A stretch of 64,000 nucleotides of DNA from Squalus acanthias. Taxonomy: Eukaryota. Positions 35,979-47,420 of this stretch are shown piece by piece. The notes under the pieces were generated by a model. That model did not search any database, was not told the origin of the DNA, and saw only the letters and a program-made list of their open reading frames with translations. The stretch is from contig CM059431.1 in assembly GCA_030390025.1 (NCBI GenBank), positions 122,204,001 to 122,268,000 of the forward strand, given 5' to 3'. Positions within the stretch are counted from its first letter, which is position 1. Every line of letters starts with the position of its first letter. The position numbers and the translations under genes are program-made.

Positions 35979-36742
35979 GGCCCAGAAATTGGAGTTCGAT
36001 GGTTGCCGCTGGGGTAAGGATCCCCCGCGATATCGCACTCCGCGCCTACCTTTATGGTTTTGGCCCACACGAACTTCAGTTCCTGGGCCTCTCCCTGGTG
36101 CCGGCGCGCAGTGTGTGCGTGTCCCAGAGGCGCAGTTAGTTCGATGCTACCTCTGGGATCACGTGGGCCAGTTAGAGCCAATGGCAGCACACCATCTTTC
36201 ATTCATAGTTTTGACAGGAAGAGCTGTCAAAACTATGAATACAACAAGCCCCCAAAAGAACAGTTAAACCTCAATTAAATTTAAAAAAAGCCATCACATT
36301 AATAAAATAACTATAGTTAAATAAATTAACCACTTTAAACAAAAATTTAAATTTTTGAAAAAATGTAAATTCTTTTTAAAAGTTATAAAAATAAACTTAC
36401 CTTTCTTTAAAGTCTCTAAAAAAGATAAACCTGTTGAAAAAAATTTAAAATAATACTTAATTAACTACTTACCTTGTTAAAAGGGGGTCTTACGCCTGCT
36501 TTCTTCATGTGTAAAATCTTCAACACTTACCTGCACGTTCAAACCTGAAAAAAAAACTAAGTGTGCTGCGTGTGCGCAACCTGTAGTGCGCACGCGGTTC
36601 ACTTAGGAACCGCCCCCTTCGCAATACCCGAAGTGCCGGTTTCACGCGCATGCGCAGTGCATGTAGGAAACCGGCACTTCGGGACCTAATACGTGAGAGT
36701 ACACAGTGCGTACTCTCCCGCATTAGGTCTAATTTTCGGGCC
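35979..36742 (-). mobile_element. MITE family A, copy 4
   Basis: GGCCCAGAAATT...AATTTTCGGGCC; TSD AAT; reverse-complement homolog of copies 2 and 5. Confidence 0.9.
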
Positions 36743-37519
36743 AATATTATCATTAAGTAATATGATGCCATCTACAAATATGATCAAGAACATAATTTTA
36801 AAAATACATTAATTGGGAAGCTATTGCTGCTTTAGTCACAAATCTATAGACTTTTTTAGCAGTAACTGGTACAAATAAAAGATGTGTGTGTATAGGTAAT
36901 ACATAAAATTAAGCAGATTTTAAATGTAGTTGTAAAGGGGTGGATTAAAATCTTACACAAGTTCAGTGGAAGAGCTGCAGAATCCCTGACAAGCAGTGTA
37001 AGTGTTGCTTACAATGTGTTTATGGGATTTCTGCAGCTCTTCTGTTGCAGTTAACAATGGACAAGTGAGAGAACCTCTGCAGAAATTCACCCCCAAAGTC
37101 TCAGAGTGAAAAATTAAATTAGTCATATTCAGGGACTGAAAACAAATTGAACCAGTGGAATGAGTGATGAGAATGAAATTGTTATGGTTGATGACTTGAT
37201 TTAATGTGTAACTGGACAAGCACAATATACTGTGAGAAAAAGCTGACCAGAAACAACACACACATTTATTTAAACGGTATATGTAATTTTTTGTAGTGCA
37301 GATCAATTCACTGTAATTACTGATGAGTTGGAAGGCAACAGCTGAGAATGGCCAGTGAAAAATGTATTTCCCTCACCATCCAGGGTAACACTTACATCCC
37401 TTCAGGAATTTCTGAATTAACATTTACCAGTAGCTTTTCAAGTCGAACAGAATCTTCATCAATCTGTTAGCTGATGTAATCAACATGTTTTTATTTTGGT
37501 TTGTTTTCCATGCTGTCAA

Positions 37520-37843
37520 GTAATCAGCTGGAGCAATGGCACGGAACTCATGCCTCAGGTTGACAGACGTGGATCTCGAGCTGCATGAATCCCGTGGCCA
37601 TGCAGGGAAATTTAAAAAGTACATGAAGAAAGGCTTTTAAGTGCCTGTCAACTATCTGATAATGATCTCAATTGGATCCCCCGTCACTGCCGGTCAGGCT
37701 GGCTCCGCGCTGACAGACGCACCTGGGGGAAAGGAGCGTGGGAGCGAGATGACAGATGGTTCCTGACCCGCTATCAAAAATAACATCTTTCCCACCCGAC
37801 CCGCCACTGATCGCGCCCGCTACCACCCCGGAAAATTCAGCCC
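37520..37843. mobile_element. Harbinger terminal fragment related to the left end of the 33701 element
   Basis: Reverse complement GGGCTGAATTTT...GCGGGCGCGATCAGTGGCGGGTCGGGTGGGAAA matches 33701-33745. Confidence 0.6.
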
Positions 37844-38119
37844 AATGTTTTTAAAACTAGTGCAAAAGATTACAGAAACCCGATTTGCACTTAACGCAAA
37901 TTACGCTTAAAATTCTGTGATATTTTGTGCCGGTTACGCCTATTTTGGCTGAATTGCGCCAAAAACAAAGCGCAATCGATCAGAACCTCCAGGCCAATTA
38001 CTTTTCTTGATATTATGATATTTTCAATCTGAACTCACAAATGTACTTCTTAGCTTTGCATTTAGGCTTGCTTTTTCCCCCTTGCTTCAATTTTCATGTT
38101 TGTTTTCCCCTGAATTTTT

Positions 38120-38280
38120 GGGGGTGATTTTAACCTAACCAGGTTGGCATGAAACTGACGGGATCAGATACTCCGCCCATTTTATATCGCGCCCATTCTT
38201 AAAAATCAGGAAGGGTGTAAAGTGGCAGCTAATCTAATCACGTCAGTTTCCCGCAGGCAGTTTAGGTTAAAATTACCCCC
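38120..38280. mobile_element. Short palindromic MITE
   Basis: GGGGGTGATTTTAACCTAA / TTAGGTTAAAATTACCCCC; flanks TTT/TTT. Confidence 0.75.
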
Positions 38281-39199
38281 TTTCTGTATCTTTGTTTGGT
38301 AGCCCCAAATGCTAAGAACAAGCTAGCTATCAATGCAGTAAAGCTTCATGGTGGGGAGGATAATTGAGTCCACCCATTTGTTGCCATAGTGAACCAAGGT
38401 CATGACAAAATGCGAGAACTGTGTAAACTTGAAACAGCAACAGTCTACAGGTTTTAAAAAATCTAAGGTTGATGTTACCGTATCACTACATCTTGACCTA
38501 TAACGATAAAATGCTTTTCCTCTTCATCTATACATTCCAATACAAAAAGCATACTGACCTACCAATTCCATACCAATTTCAGTATAACTCCAGTGTATAA
38601 CTGAGGTGGGTAAAAAAATTTGGCAGCAAAATTAGGCGGAGACCTTTTACACTGGTTTTCCACCCCAAAATCAATCTTCCTGAATTTCCTTACACTCTTT
38701 GGCCCGTCCCACGATCGGCTGGCTGAACCCCAAGTGAGCTTATTTACATATATTGTAATGAGGGCAGTGGTACTGGAGCTCCGAGATTTCTGCTTTGGTG
38801 CTCGCAATGAAGTTAGAATGACAATGATAAGGTGCAGTTGTTGCTACCATCAGCTGAGGCAGGCGGAAGCGAGGAGTTTCTAAGACTGAAGTGAGTGGAA
38901 ATTTTCACTAGCGATTTCTGCAGCTGGGAACAATTTTTTTGCCGTAATTTTCTTTTGGCATTCTGCTTACACAGACCTGGACTTGCTTTTGACTGTTTCT
39001 GAGAGTGTGAGATGACTGGGTGATATTGACCCTCCTCTCAGATGCACATATGGCATTCCCTATAGGCATACCCCTGGAGGAGGAGTAGGAGCATAGAAAG
39101 GAGGAAAGGAAAATGAGGCAAGATATAAGGAGGATGTAACAACCAGGTATGAACTGCCCCTCCCCAAAGAATATACAGGCAAAATAAAACCTATGAGGA

Positions 39200-40245
39200 A
39201 CTTAGTGAGCAGATGTATATAAGAAAAGTGTGCTTTGCCAAAGAGGCAATAGGGAAGCTCTGCCAACCATTACATGAGGCCCTGCAGCTATGATTATCTT
39301 CTCACACTGCTCTGTCTGTGGCTATGAAGGTGATGACTATACTTAACTTTTGTCATTTCTGGCAGTATTATGTAATATCATCAAGGTGCATTCATCAGGT
39401 GACTGATATACTGTACTGGAAAGCTGGGGAATTTATCACCTTTGGTATCACAGCAAGGCAGTGTGAGATAGGACCATCCAATATATGGAGCTTCTCACTT
39501 TCTCAAGGTCTAGGATGCAATTAGACAGCACTCATATTGCTTTGCAAGCTCCTACAGACAACCCTTCAACTTTCTCAACAGGAAGGGCTTCCATTCCTGA
39601 ATGTACAGGTTGTGTATGACAATGTGCAAAGGGTCCTGCACATCAATGCAGGTTATGCTTGAAATTGTCACAATATAGTCATACTTTGGCATTCAACCCT
39701 CTCTGACCTCTTCAGTGAAAAAAAATCATGTAATTGGATGAGTTGTGGGTGACAAGGTCTACCTTCTGCTCCTTTCGATACTGACCCCATTAGGTGGAGC
39801 CCCAATAGTGACGGGGGATTGCTAAAATAAGGCACATGCCTCTACAAGAGTCATCACTAAGAGGCCCATCAGGATTGTAATGGGATGCTTTTGCTGCTTA
39901 GATAGTTATGAATTTGCAGGGCTACGGGGAAAGGGCGGGGGAGTGCGACTAGCTGAAGTGTTCTTGCAGAGAGCTGGCATGGGCTCTATGGGTCAAATGG
40001 CCTCCTTCTGTGCTGTAACCATTCTGTTATTCTATTCTATGATTCTATGATCATTGTAGTCTGTTGTACCCTACACAAATAAAAAGTCTGAACTTGAACA
40101 TTGCTGGAGAGGTGGTCCTAGCTGTTTTGGAGGCAGAAGTGCATGAATTAGAGCATCACGATGACCTGCACTCAGAGGACTTTCCAGTGACTGCTGCAAG
40201 AGACATCAGAGCACAACTAATCACTGGAGTCTTCTCTGCTGTTTA
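39200..40245 (+). pseudogene. Highly decayed HARBI1-like transposase of an older Harbinger (with a CR1 tail inserted at ~39910-40050)
   Basis: VAMKVMTILNF, NRKGFHS, GDK-Y and ARDIRAQLI remnants appear in the correct order. Confidence 0.7.
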
Positions 40246-40729
40246 ACACAATGTACCCTTGACACCAGTGCTTTAACTCCTTTTCCCCACCTTCAAATAA
40301 TGGACCAATCCTTTAATCCAGTACCCATCTCCAAACATAACAATACATCAGCCTTTTTAGCCTCTACACGACAAGGTCAATAATCATTAGTTGATTGAAT
40401 ATGTCAGCACTACGTAAAAGCGCCCATTCCTGTAAGTCTCTAACCGCCATGAATAACAAAGCGGGACATAAGTGCACATTCTATTTTAACACAACAAAGT
40501 CCAAAGTGAACATAAGGCAACCTACTGCTTCCTGACATTGTTCTTGCCCTGGGTGTCTAAATGTACCTTTCTTTCATCTGTTCTAGTGCTTCTTCTAGGT
40601 GCAACTTGAGGTCCAGTATTGTGAGAGGGGGATGGTTGCTCATGTTCTATAAAAGGGTTATGTGACTGAGGTTGCCCTCCTCTCATGGCAGCTTGCTCCT
40701 GGCTGCATCTCTGCAACTTGCTCTTGGGC

Positions 40730-41815
40730 AACAACAACAAAAACAACAACAACTTGTATTTCTATAGGGCCTTTAACGTAGTGAAGTGTCCTAAGGCACT
40801 TCGCAGGAACGTTATCAAACAAACTTTGACACCGAGCCACATAAGGAGATATTAGGGCAGATGACCAAAAGCTTGGACAAAGAGGTAGGTTTTAAAGAGT
40901 GTGTTAAAGGAGGAGAGAGAGGTAGAGAGGTTTAGGGAGGGAATTCCAGAGTTTAGTGATTGGCAACTGAAGGCACGGCCACCAATGGTGGAGCAATTAA
41001 AATAGGAGCTGTGCAAGAGGCCAGAATTGGAGGAGCGCAGAGATCCCGAAGGCTTGCAGGGCTAGAGGAGGCTACAGAGATAGGGAGGGGCAAGGGCATG
41101 GAGGGATTTGAAAACAAGGATAAGATTTTTAAAATTGAGGCATTGCCGGACTGGGAGCCAATGTAGGTCAGCAAGCACAGGGGTGATGGGTGAAGGGAAT
41201 TGGTGCGAGTTAGGATACAGGCAGCAGAAGTTTGGATGAGCTCAAGTTTATGTAGGGTGGAAGATGGGAGGCTGGTCAGGAGAGTATTGGAATAGTCAAG
41301 TCTAGAGGTAACAAAGGCATGAATGAGAGTTTCAGCAGCAGATGAGCTGAGAAAGGGGTGGAGTCGGGCAATGTTACGGAGGTGGAAGTAGGCGGTCTTG
41401 GTGATGGAAAAGATATGTGGTCCGAAGCTCATCTCGGGGTCAAATATGACACCAAGGTTCAGCCTTTGACAGTTGCCAGGGAGAGGGATGGAGTCGGTGG
41501 CTAAAAACTGTGTTTGTTGAGGGGACCGAAGGCAACGGCTTCAGTCCTCCTGATATTTAGTTGGAGGAAATTTCTGCTCATCCAGTACTGGATGTCGGAC
41601 AAGCAGTCTGACAGATCAGAGACAGTGGAGGAGTCGAGAGGGTGGTGGTGAGGTAGAGGAGGGTGTCGTCAGTGTATATGTGGAGCACGACGTGTTTTCG
41701 AATGATGTCGCTGAGAGGCAGCATGTAGATGAGAAATAGGAGGGGGCCAAGGATAGATGCTCGGGGGACTCCAAAGGTAATGGCGCGGGAGCAGGAAGAA
41801 AATCCATTGCAGGGC
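40730..41815 (-). mobile_element. L2 LINE 3' portion (RT remnant)
   Basis: [32 protein letters not shown] and HAFVTSRLDYSN; (TTG)n tail. Confidence 0.9.
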
Positions 41816-42010
41816 AGCCTGGTGATGCCTCCTATGTTCCACTGGTGTGATGCTCTGAGGGGGAAGGCTGGAGAACTGGCAGTATCAGGTAAATGGACTC
41901 TAGCTGTTGCCGTTCCACTGGGCCTGAGGATCTGTGCCCCCACTGATCAGCAGGATGGCTGTTATAATGATAGCTATCATGTCCTGAAAGCCTGAGAGAC
42001 AACAGCGTAC

Positions 42011-43821
42011 TGTCGGGGGTGGTGTGGTAGGGTCAGCTTCACCTCTGACTCAGTGAGTGGTTCAAATCGCTCCCACATCCCTGGTTCTAGACCTTGGACT
42101 TATTTGGGGGTTGTGAACAAAGATGCAGTAGACAACAGGTTTTGATGAAAGAGTTTTCACTTTTATTAAAGAAAAAGGTAACAAACTCAAAACACACTTA
42201 ATGCTTAAACACAGGTTGGGGAACACACGGTACAGTCGAGGGAGAATTACAATATATAAAACCCCTTATCCCTCCCAATCCCACTGCCTAGCTAGGTTTA
42301 ATTTCAGAGGATCAGGGATAATGCTCACCAATTGACAGTTCTTGACAGTTGAGGTATTTCGCGATTTCGGGGTTCACTGAGGTTTTTGGTTGTTGAGGCC
42401 TGCTGTACCCCGGACGTGGTAGAAGACTCCAGCTGCACTCCAGGTCAGTTTGGGTCTGTCCGCTGATGCGGTAAGGTGCGTATTGTATTCTATCAGGTGA
42501 GTACCCGATTTTACTTCCTTAGAGGTAGGGTTTAGAGATTTTTAAGGGAAAATCTTACCCAGGGGTAAGTCAGGAATAGCTTGTAGCGTGGAAACTTGCG
42601 TGTCTTTGGGTTTTCCTGGTGTTGGTCTTTTGGTGTCGCCTGGTGGTTAGTTGCTGCACAGGACCTTGGTTTCCGCGGTACTTTCAAGTGTCGGTTTACC
42701 TCGTGGAGCCCTTGGCGGCTCTTGTTGTTGGTTCGTTGCGTTGGAGGCCTGTCGGGGCGGTACCTCCTGGAGCTGGACCATGTGTTGACTGATGCCGACT
42801 CGCTCCCAGCTTCCAGTGGCCTTTGCTAGTGTCTGTTAGGGCTGGACCGTATGTTGAGCGATGCCGACTCACTCCCAGCTCGTGGTCTCAGTTCTAGCCC
42901 TTGCCTGGCCTTGTCTGTCCCTGCCTCCGATCTCGCCTCGGGTCTGCCTGCCTTGTGGCCTAGCTGCTTGTCTCTCCTCCTGCTCGTGTCGTGTGGCTGT
43001 GTGTTGAACTGCGAGTAACTTACTTTCTTGGGGGATTAGGCCCTCAATTATACTGTTCAGGCCTATTGTGTTTTTCGCGCCAGAACTGCTTTACTAAATC
43101 GGTTTCTCGTTGAAGTCATTTAGGTTTCAGTTGAGGCCTGTTTATTCTATTGTCTTAGGTTTTGGCGGGCTCGTTAAGTCTGATGACTTTAACTTTGTGT
43201 TAACTTGTCCTGATGGCTTCCGATGCTTTCCATTTAGGCAGGGCCTTTATCTACGCGCCAAATCTCGCTCCTTTTGTCTCAGGTTTTAGCGGGCTTGTTA
43301 AACTGTTCCTGTAGATACTTGGCTAATCGGTTTCTGATGGGATGATGGGCTATGAAGCTGTGTACTAGAAGTTTTATTGTTAGGAATTGTTTTCAGACTT
43401 CAGCATTCTGTCTGGACCTGGGGATTTCAAAAGGTTTCTTGGTTTATTCATTTTGGATGTGTTTGTGAGGTTTTGGATGAGGCCCTTCCTCCTTGGTTGG
43501 ATTGCAGTGCAAACATCTCCCAGACAGCTTGACTTGGTCCCAATAACCAAAAGCTGTCCACTGCCTCACCACACCCCTCCCCGCAGCCTGTCTCATTTCT
43601 GTGACTGCAGGTTTTCCCAATGGCCCTTTTAAAGGTATAGTATTATCCAAAGTCATTTTCCTCAGGTTTTTTCTTCCCTGATCCTTAAAAAGGTCCAAAA
43701 CTGAGATTTTGACCTCAAATTCCTTCATTTAGGACCCATCATTCCAAATTTGTGTTAAGATCCAAAACTCACCCCCTTTAGGGTTCTATACAAGTTTCTG
43801 GGGGATTTTGCGAAGCCTACA
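42011..43821 (-). mobile_element. Solo LTR (~1.8 kb), Gypsy/ERV type
   Basis: TGT...ACA ends with a perfect 4-bp TSD GTAC; AATAAA on the minus strand at ~42162-42167; internal direct repeats (42771/42841). Confidence 0.8.
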
Positions 43822-44014
43822 GTACATCACAGCTGCCATGCTCTAGAAACCAGTGCACAGGGTGCTCTTTAGTGCCTCTCCTATTGCCAGCGGAGGTGCA
43901 GTCTGTGCTTCCATTGAACATAGAAACAGCAATAGGCCACTCAGTCCCTCAAGCCTGTTTGTCTATTCTATTAGATCATTGCTGATCTGTACTTTAACTC
44001 CATTTAATCGCTTT

Positions 44015-44178
44015 TTCTCCGCCCATGAAATGGATGGGTTTGTATCAGCCACCCATTTTTATTTTACACCCTGCCCTATTTTTAATTTTTCAAACGTAAA
44101 ATTGGGCAGGGTGTAAAATGGGCATCTGACCCGAAGCCCCTCCATTCCCGCTGGGTGTGTTAGGTTAAAATTATCTCC
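44015..44178. mobile_element. Partial palindromic MITE related to 38120
   Basis: TTTTACACCCTGCCC / GGGCAGGGTGTAAAA inverted pair; TTAGGTTAAAATTA end. Confidence 0.55.
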
Positions 44179-45134
44179 TCTTTCTCTGTTATGTTCTATT
44201 TTATCCAGGGTTTGCAGGTCAAACTAAGTGACATTGTGACAACTTCTTTTCTGCCTCTATGTCATGCTCTGCTGCCTTCTTTGCCTGACTTTTCTAGGTT
44301 CTCCTGTGTTGGATGTTCTTGCAAAGTGGCACAAAAGCAATCATGAGACATTCAGTTAAGCCAGCTGACAGTCAACTCACTGAGCCAAGCACTTTCCTCC
44401 TTACCTGCTCCTGGAATCATCAGCCAGAACTAGCTTTTTAAAGGCTGCACACTAAGTTCCATGCACCACAGCACATTATTCCATTTTTACTTGGGTTTTT
44501 GGGCCGATCACTATTCCAATGGACATGTAAGTGATCTGATGAAATTCTGGTGTTAATACCTCTACAGATCATCAGCAAGTACCGCTCATTTTCAAGTGGC
44601 ATGAAAATAGTGCAAATCACCATGTGGAATTTTGGGACCATCATATATAATGACTAATTTTATGAAACTGTGTTCCCAGCCTGGAGCTTTGCCTGATGAG
44701 AGCACATATCGGGGAATCTGGACAAGCGGCCCATACAAAATACTCATTTGATGCATTCACACTATGTGCTTAGTGTCAGTGCAAAGCAATGTTGTCTTAT
44801 GTAAATCAGGTGTCAAGGCTCAAACTGATTCCAAAGGGAAGTGGAATGAAACTTCCTCATTCAGGGAGTATCAGTGTCAGATCAGGCCCCGACTCCAAAT
44901 TCAGATTCCATTTACACTAAAACTGCAGCATTAGTGTAACTATTCTGCATTAATGCTACAGTTCTAGAATGAATGCCCCAGGGTAGAAATGAACACAGTC
45001 AAATAGTCCATCGGGACTTTATCGTGATATTCCACCATTCTTTAGAGCAACGATACAGGGAAGAGGCATAATGTAGGACAGTGTATTTGGAGCTTGGAAG
45101 AAGAAAGGAAATTTCCAAACAGCATAAAACATAA

Positions 45135-45430
45135 TAAAGAAAGTATTTGCCTTTATATCGCGCTTTTCACAACCTCAAGATGTCCCACACTTTACAGCCA
45201 AAGAAGGTTTTTTTTGACGGCACACTAACTGCACGGCAAGACTCCACAAGCAGCAATGGGATAAATGGCAAGATAATTAGCTTTTTTTTAGGTACATTGC
45301 TTGAAGGATAACTGTTGGCCAGGACACCAGGAGAACTCCGCTGCTCATCTTCAAATAGCACCATGGGATCTTTTACATCTAAAAGATAACACCTCTGACA
45401 GTGCGAGACTCCCGACCTACTGCACTGAAG
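45135..45430 (-). mobile_element. SacSINE1-like DeuSINE fragment
   Basis: L2-type tail plus TTGGCCAGGACACCAGGAGAACTCC...CCATGGGATCTTTTAC...CACCTCTGACAGTGC core, overlapping the 12780 copy. Confidence 0.7.
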
Positions 45431-47199
45431 CAGTTATAAAATAGAAAACCAGGAAAGTTTGCAAAGTAGAGAGCTTGGCAGTTAAAGGTGAGAGATAAGT
45501 CATCCATCAGATGCCAGAGCTTTTTTGCTATTTGTGAAATAATCAGTGTGTTTTCTTTCAGTCTCCTTTCCAAGTTTAATCCTCTAACAGTGATCAGTAA
45601 GTTTTCTTCATTTTCAGTAACTTTACATGATTTACTCAGTCTTATTAAAGGAAAGGCATGTAAGGCTAGTATCCAACCCTGCAAATGACCTCTGTCTAAG
45701 ATAGAAAAGGTTCAGCTATGGCGGCAATCCCTTCATCAGAGTCATCATTCTCCTTGAACTTGACAGGTTCTGTATACAGATGAAACAATGTCCTATTCAT
45801 TTAGTATGGAATGGTGGTTTGTCATCAGCTGAATAGAACAATTCGACAACTTAATTGTTAGTTGCATTAATGTCCTTGATTTCAGTTGATTCAACTGCAT
45901 CAATCACATCAGTGACAATTGCTTTTGTGTTCTCATTAATCAACTCATTTGCTCTGACCCAATCATCAAATGCTGCACAAATTCCTTTGATCCAAAATGC
46001 CTTTGACTGATTCAGCCCCTACTTTACCTCAGAAAGCATTAGCAATGTAAAACATACCTTTTAAGTAGATGCTCTGAATAAATTTGTTAGGGATACTTAG
46101 TATGGCTCCATTGGGCTTGTCATTTTATTTTCACCGTTTCCCTGTGATAATGCATTTTAGAAGTTAAAACAATTCATCTTTGCTCCGCTGATTAAATTTA
46201 ACTTGTTATATTTGAGGAGCAGCAACTAACCTTTATTTTTGTATCATAAGAGGAGCATCTCTTTAGGGGATGAATGGAACGTTGTAAAGTAAATATTTTC
46301 TTTCATTCATGGTGAACAAACAATCTGTAAAACCATCTGCAGTTTTATGAATTTTAATATGAACTGCAAGTCTGGCATAATTACATACAGAATATATGAT
46401 CTTCTGAACCCGGAGTGTATTACAGTCCGCTAATAGAATCATTGTCTGTTGGGATAAAGCCAAACCCGAGGTGATATAAAGTTCAGTTGCTTCTACTTGA
46501 CTCAGTTATGATGTGACTTGTCCTTTCCTGGAAGCTGACCCCTGCTGCTGTGACCAATTACTGGAAATGACTGTAAGCGATGCTATTATTTGAATGCTTA
46601 ACACGTTCATATCAACTCTCCTCTCTCTACTATTTTAACAGAAGCATTAACCCATTTAAAGTAAACAATTTAATGCTTTTCCTAAAATAGTGGAGGGATA
46701 AATTTGAATCCAGAGCTTTAAGTATTCACACAATAGCATTGCCATCAGTAATTTTTCAGCCTGTAACTTATTTCATTTTGTTTTGCTCATGCTTTCACTA
46801 TTGCCTCCCCACACAACTACAACAGCTCGTGAAATGCTCTGTTACTTTTGTTCAGATGGATAGTTTGTCTTTTAAAAGCATGTTGTTAGATCTTTTTGAA
46901 CCCCCTGTATACATTTGCGCTTCACTCTCTATCAAAAGGCACAAATCTGAAATAGGTTTTCGACTTATAAATGTGAATTCCATTCCCAGTGCATTCGACA
47001 AGTCAAGGAAAATCTGCAAGCTAATTCTCTAGTGTCAGAGATCCTTCACACAATAGAACAGTCTCTTATGAATGGTTAAAGTAGCGTTTTAGAAGCCTTG
47101 GGTTCCATTCTGCAAGTGGCTCTCTTTTCTAGTTCCAACACACTTGAAGATTGAATGGAGAGATCCATTATGCAAAGCTTCACTATCCTATTGCTCATG

Positions 47200-47420
47200 A
47201 TGCAGAGATGCCGGTGTTGGACTGGGGTGGACAAAAATGAGAAGTCGCACAACACCAGGTTATAGTCCAACAGTTTTATTTAAAATTACGAGCTTTCGGA
47301 GTTGTGTATTAGATTCCTTCACTGTACCTCTACCTGACGAAGGAGCAGCAGCTCCAAAAGCTCGTAATTTTAAATAAAACTGTTGGACTATAACCTGGTG
47401 TTGTGCGACTTCTCATTTTT
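47200..47420. mobile_element. Second Penelope-like family terminus: inverted repeat with a hammerhead core
   Basis: ~69-bp arms (47233-47301 and 47352-47420) with one mismatch; CTGACGA-AGGAGC..GCTCC-(G>A)AAAGCTC. Confidence 0.7.
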
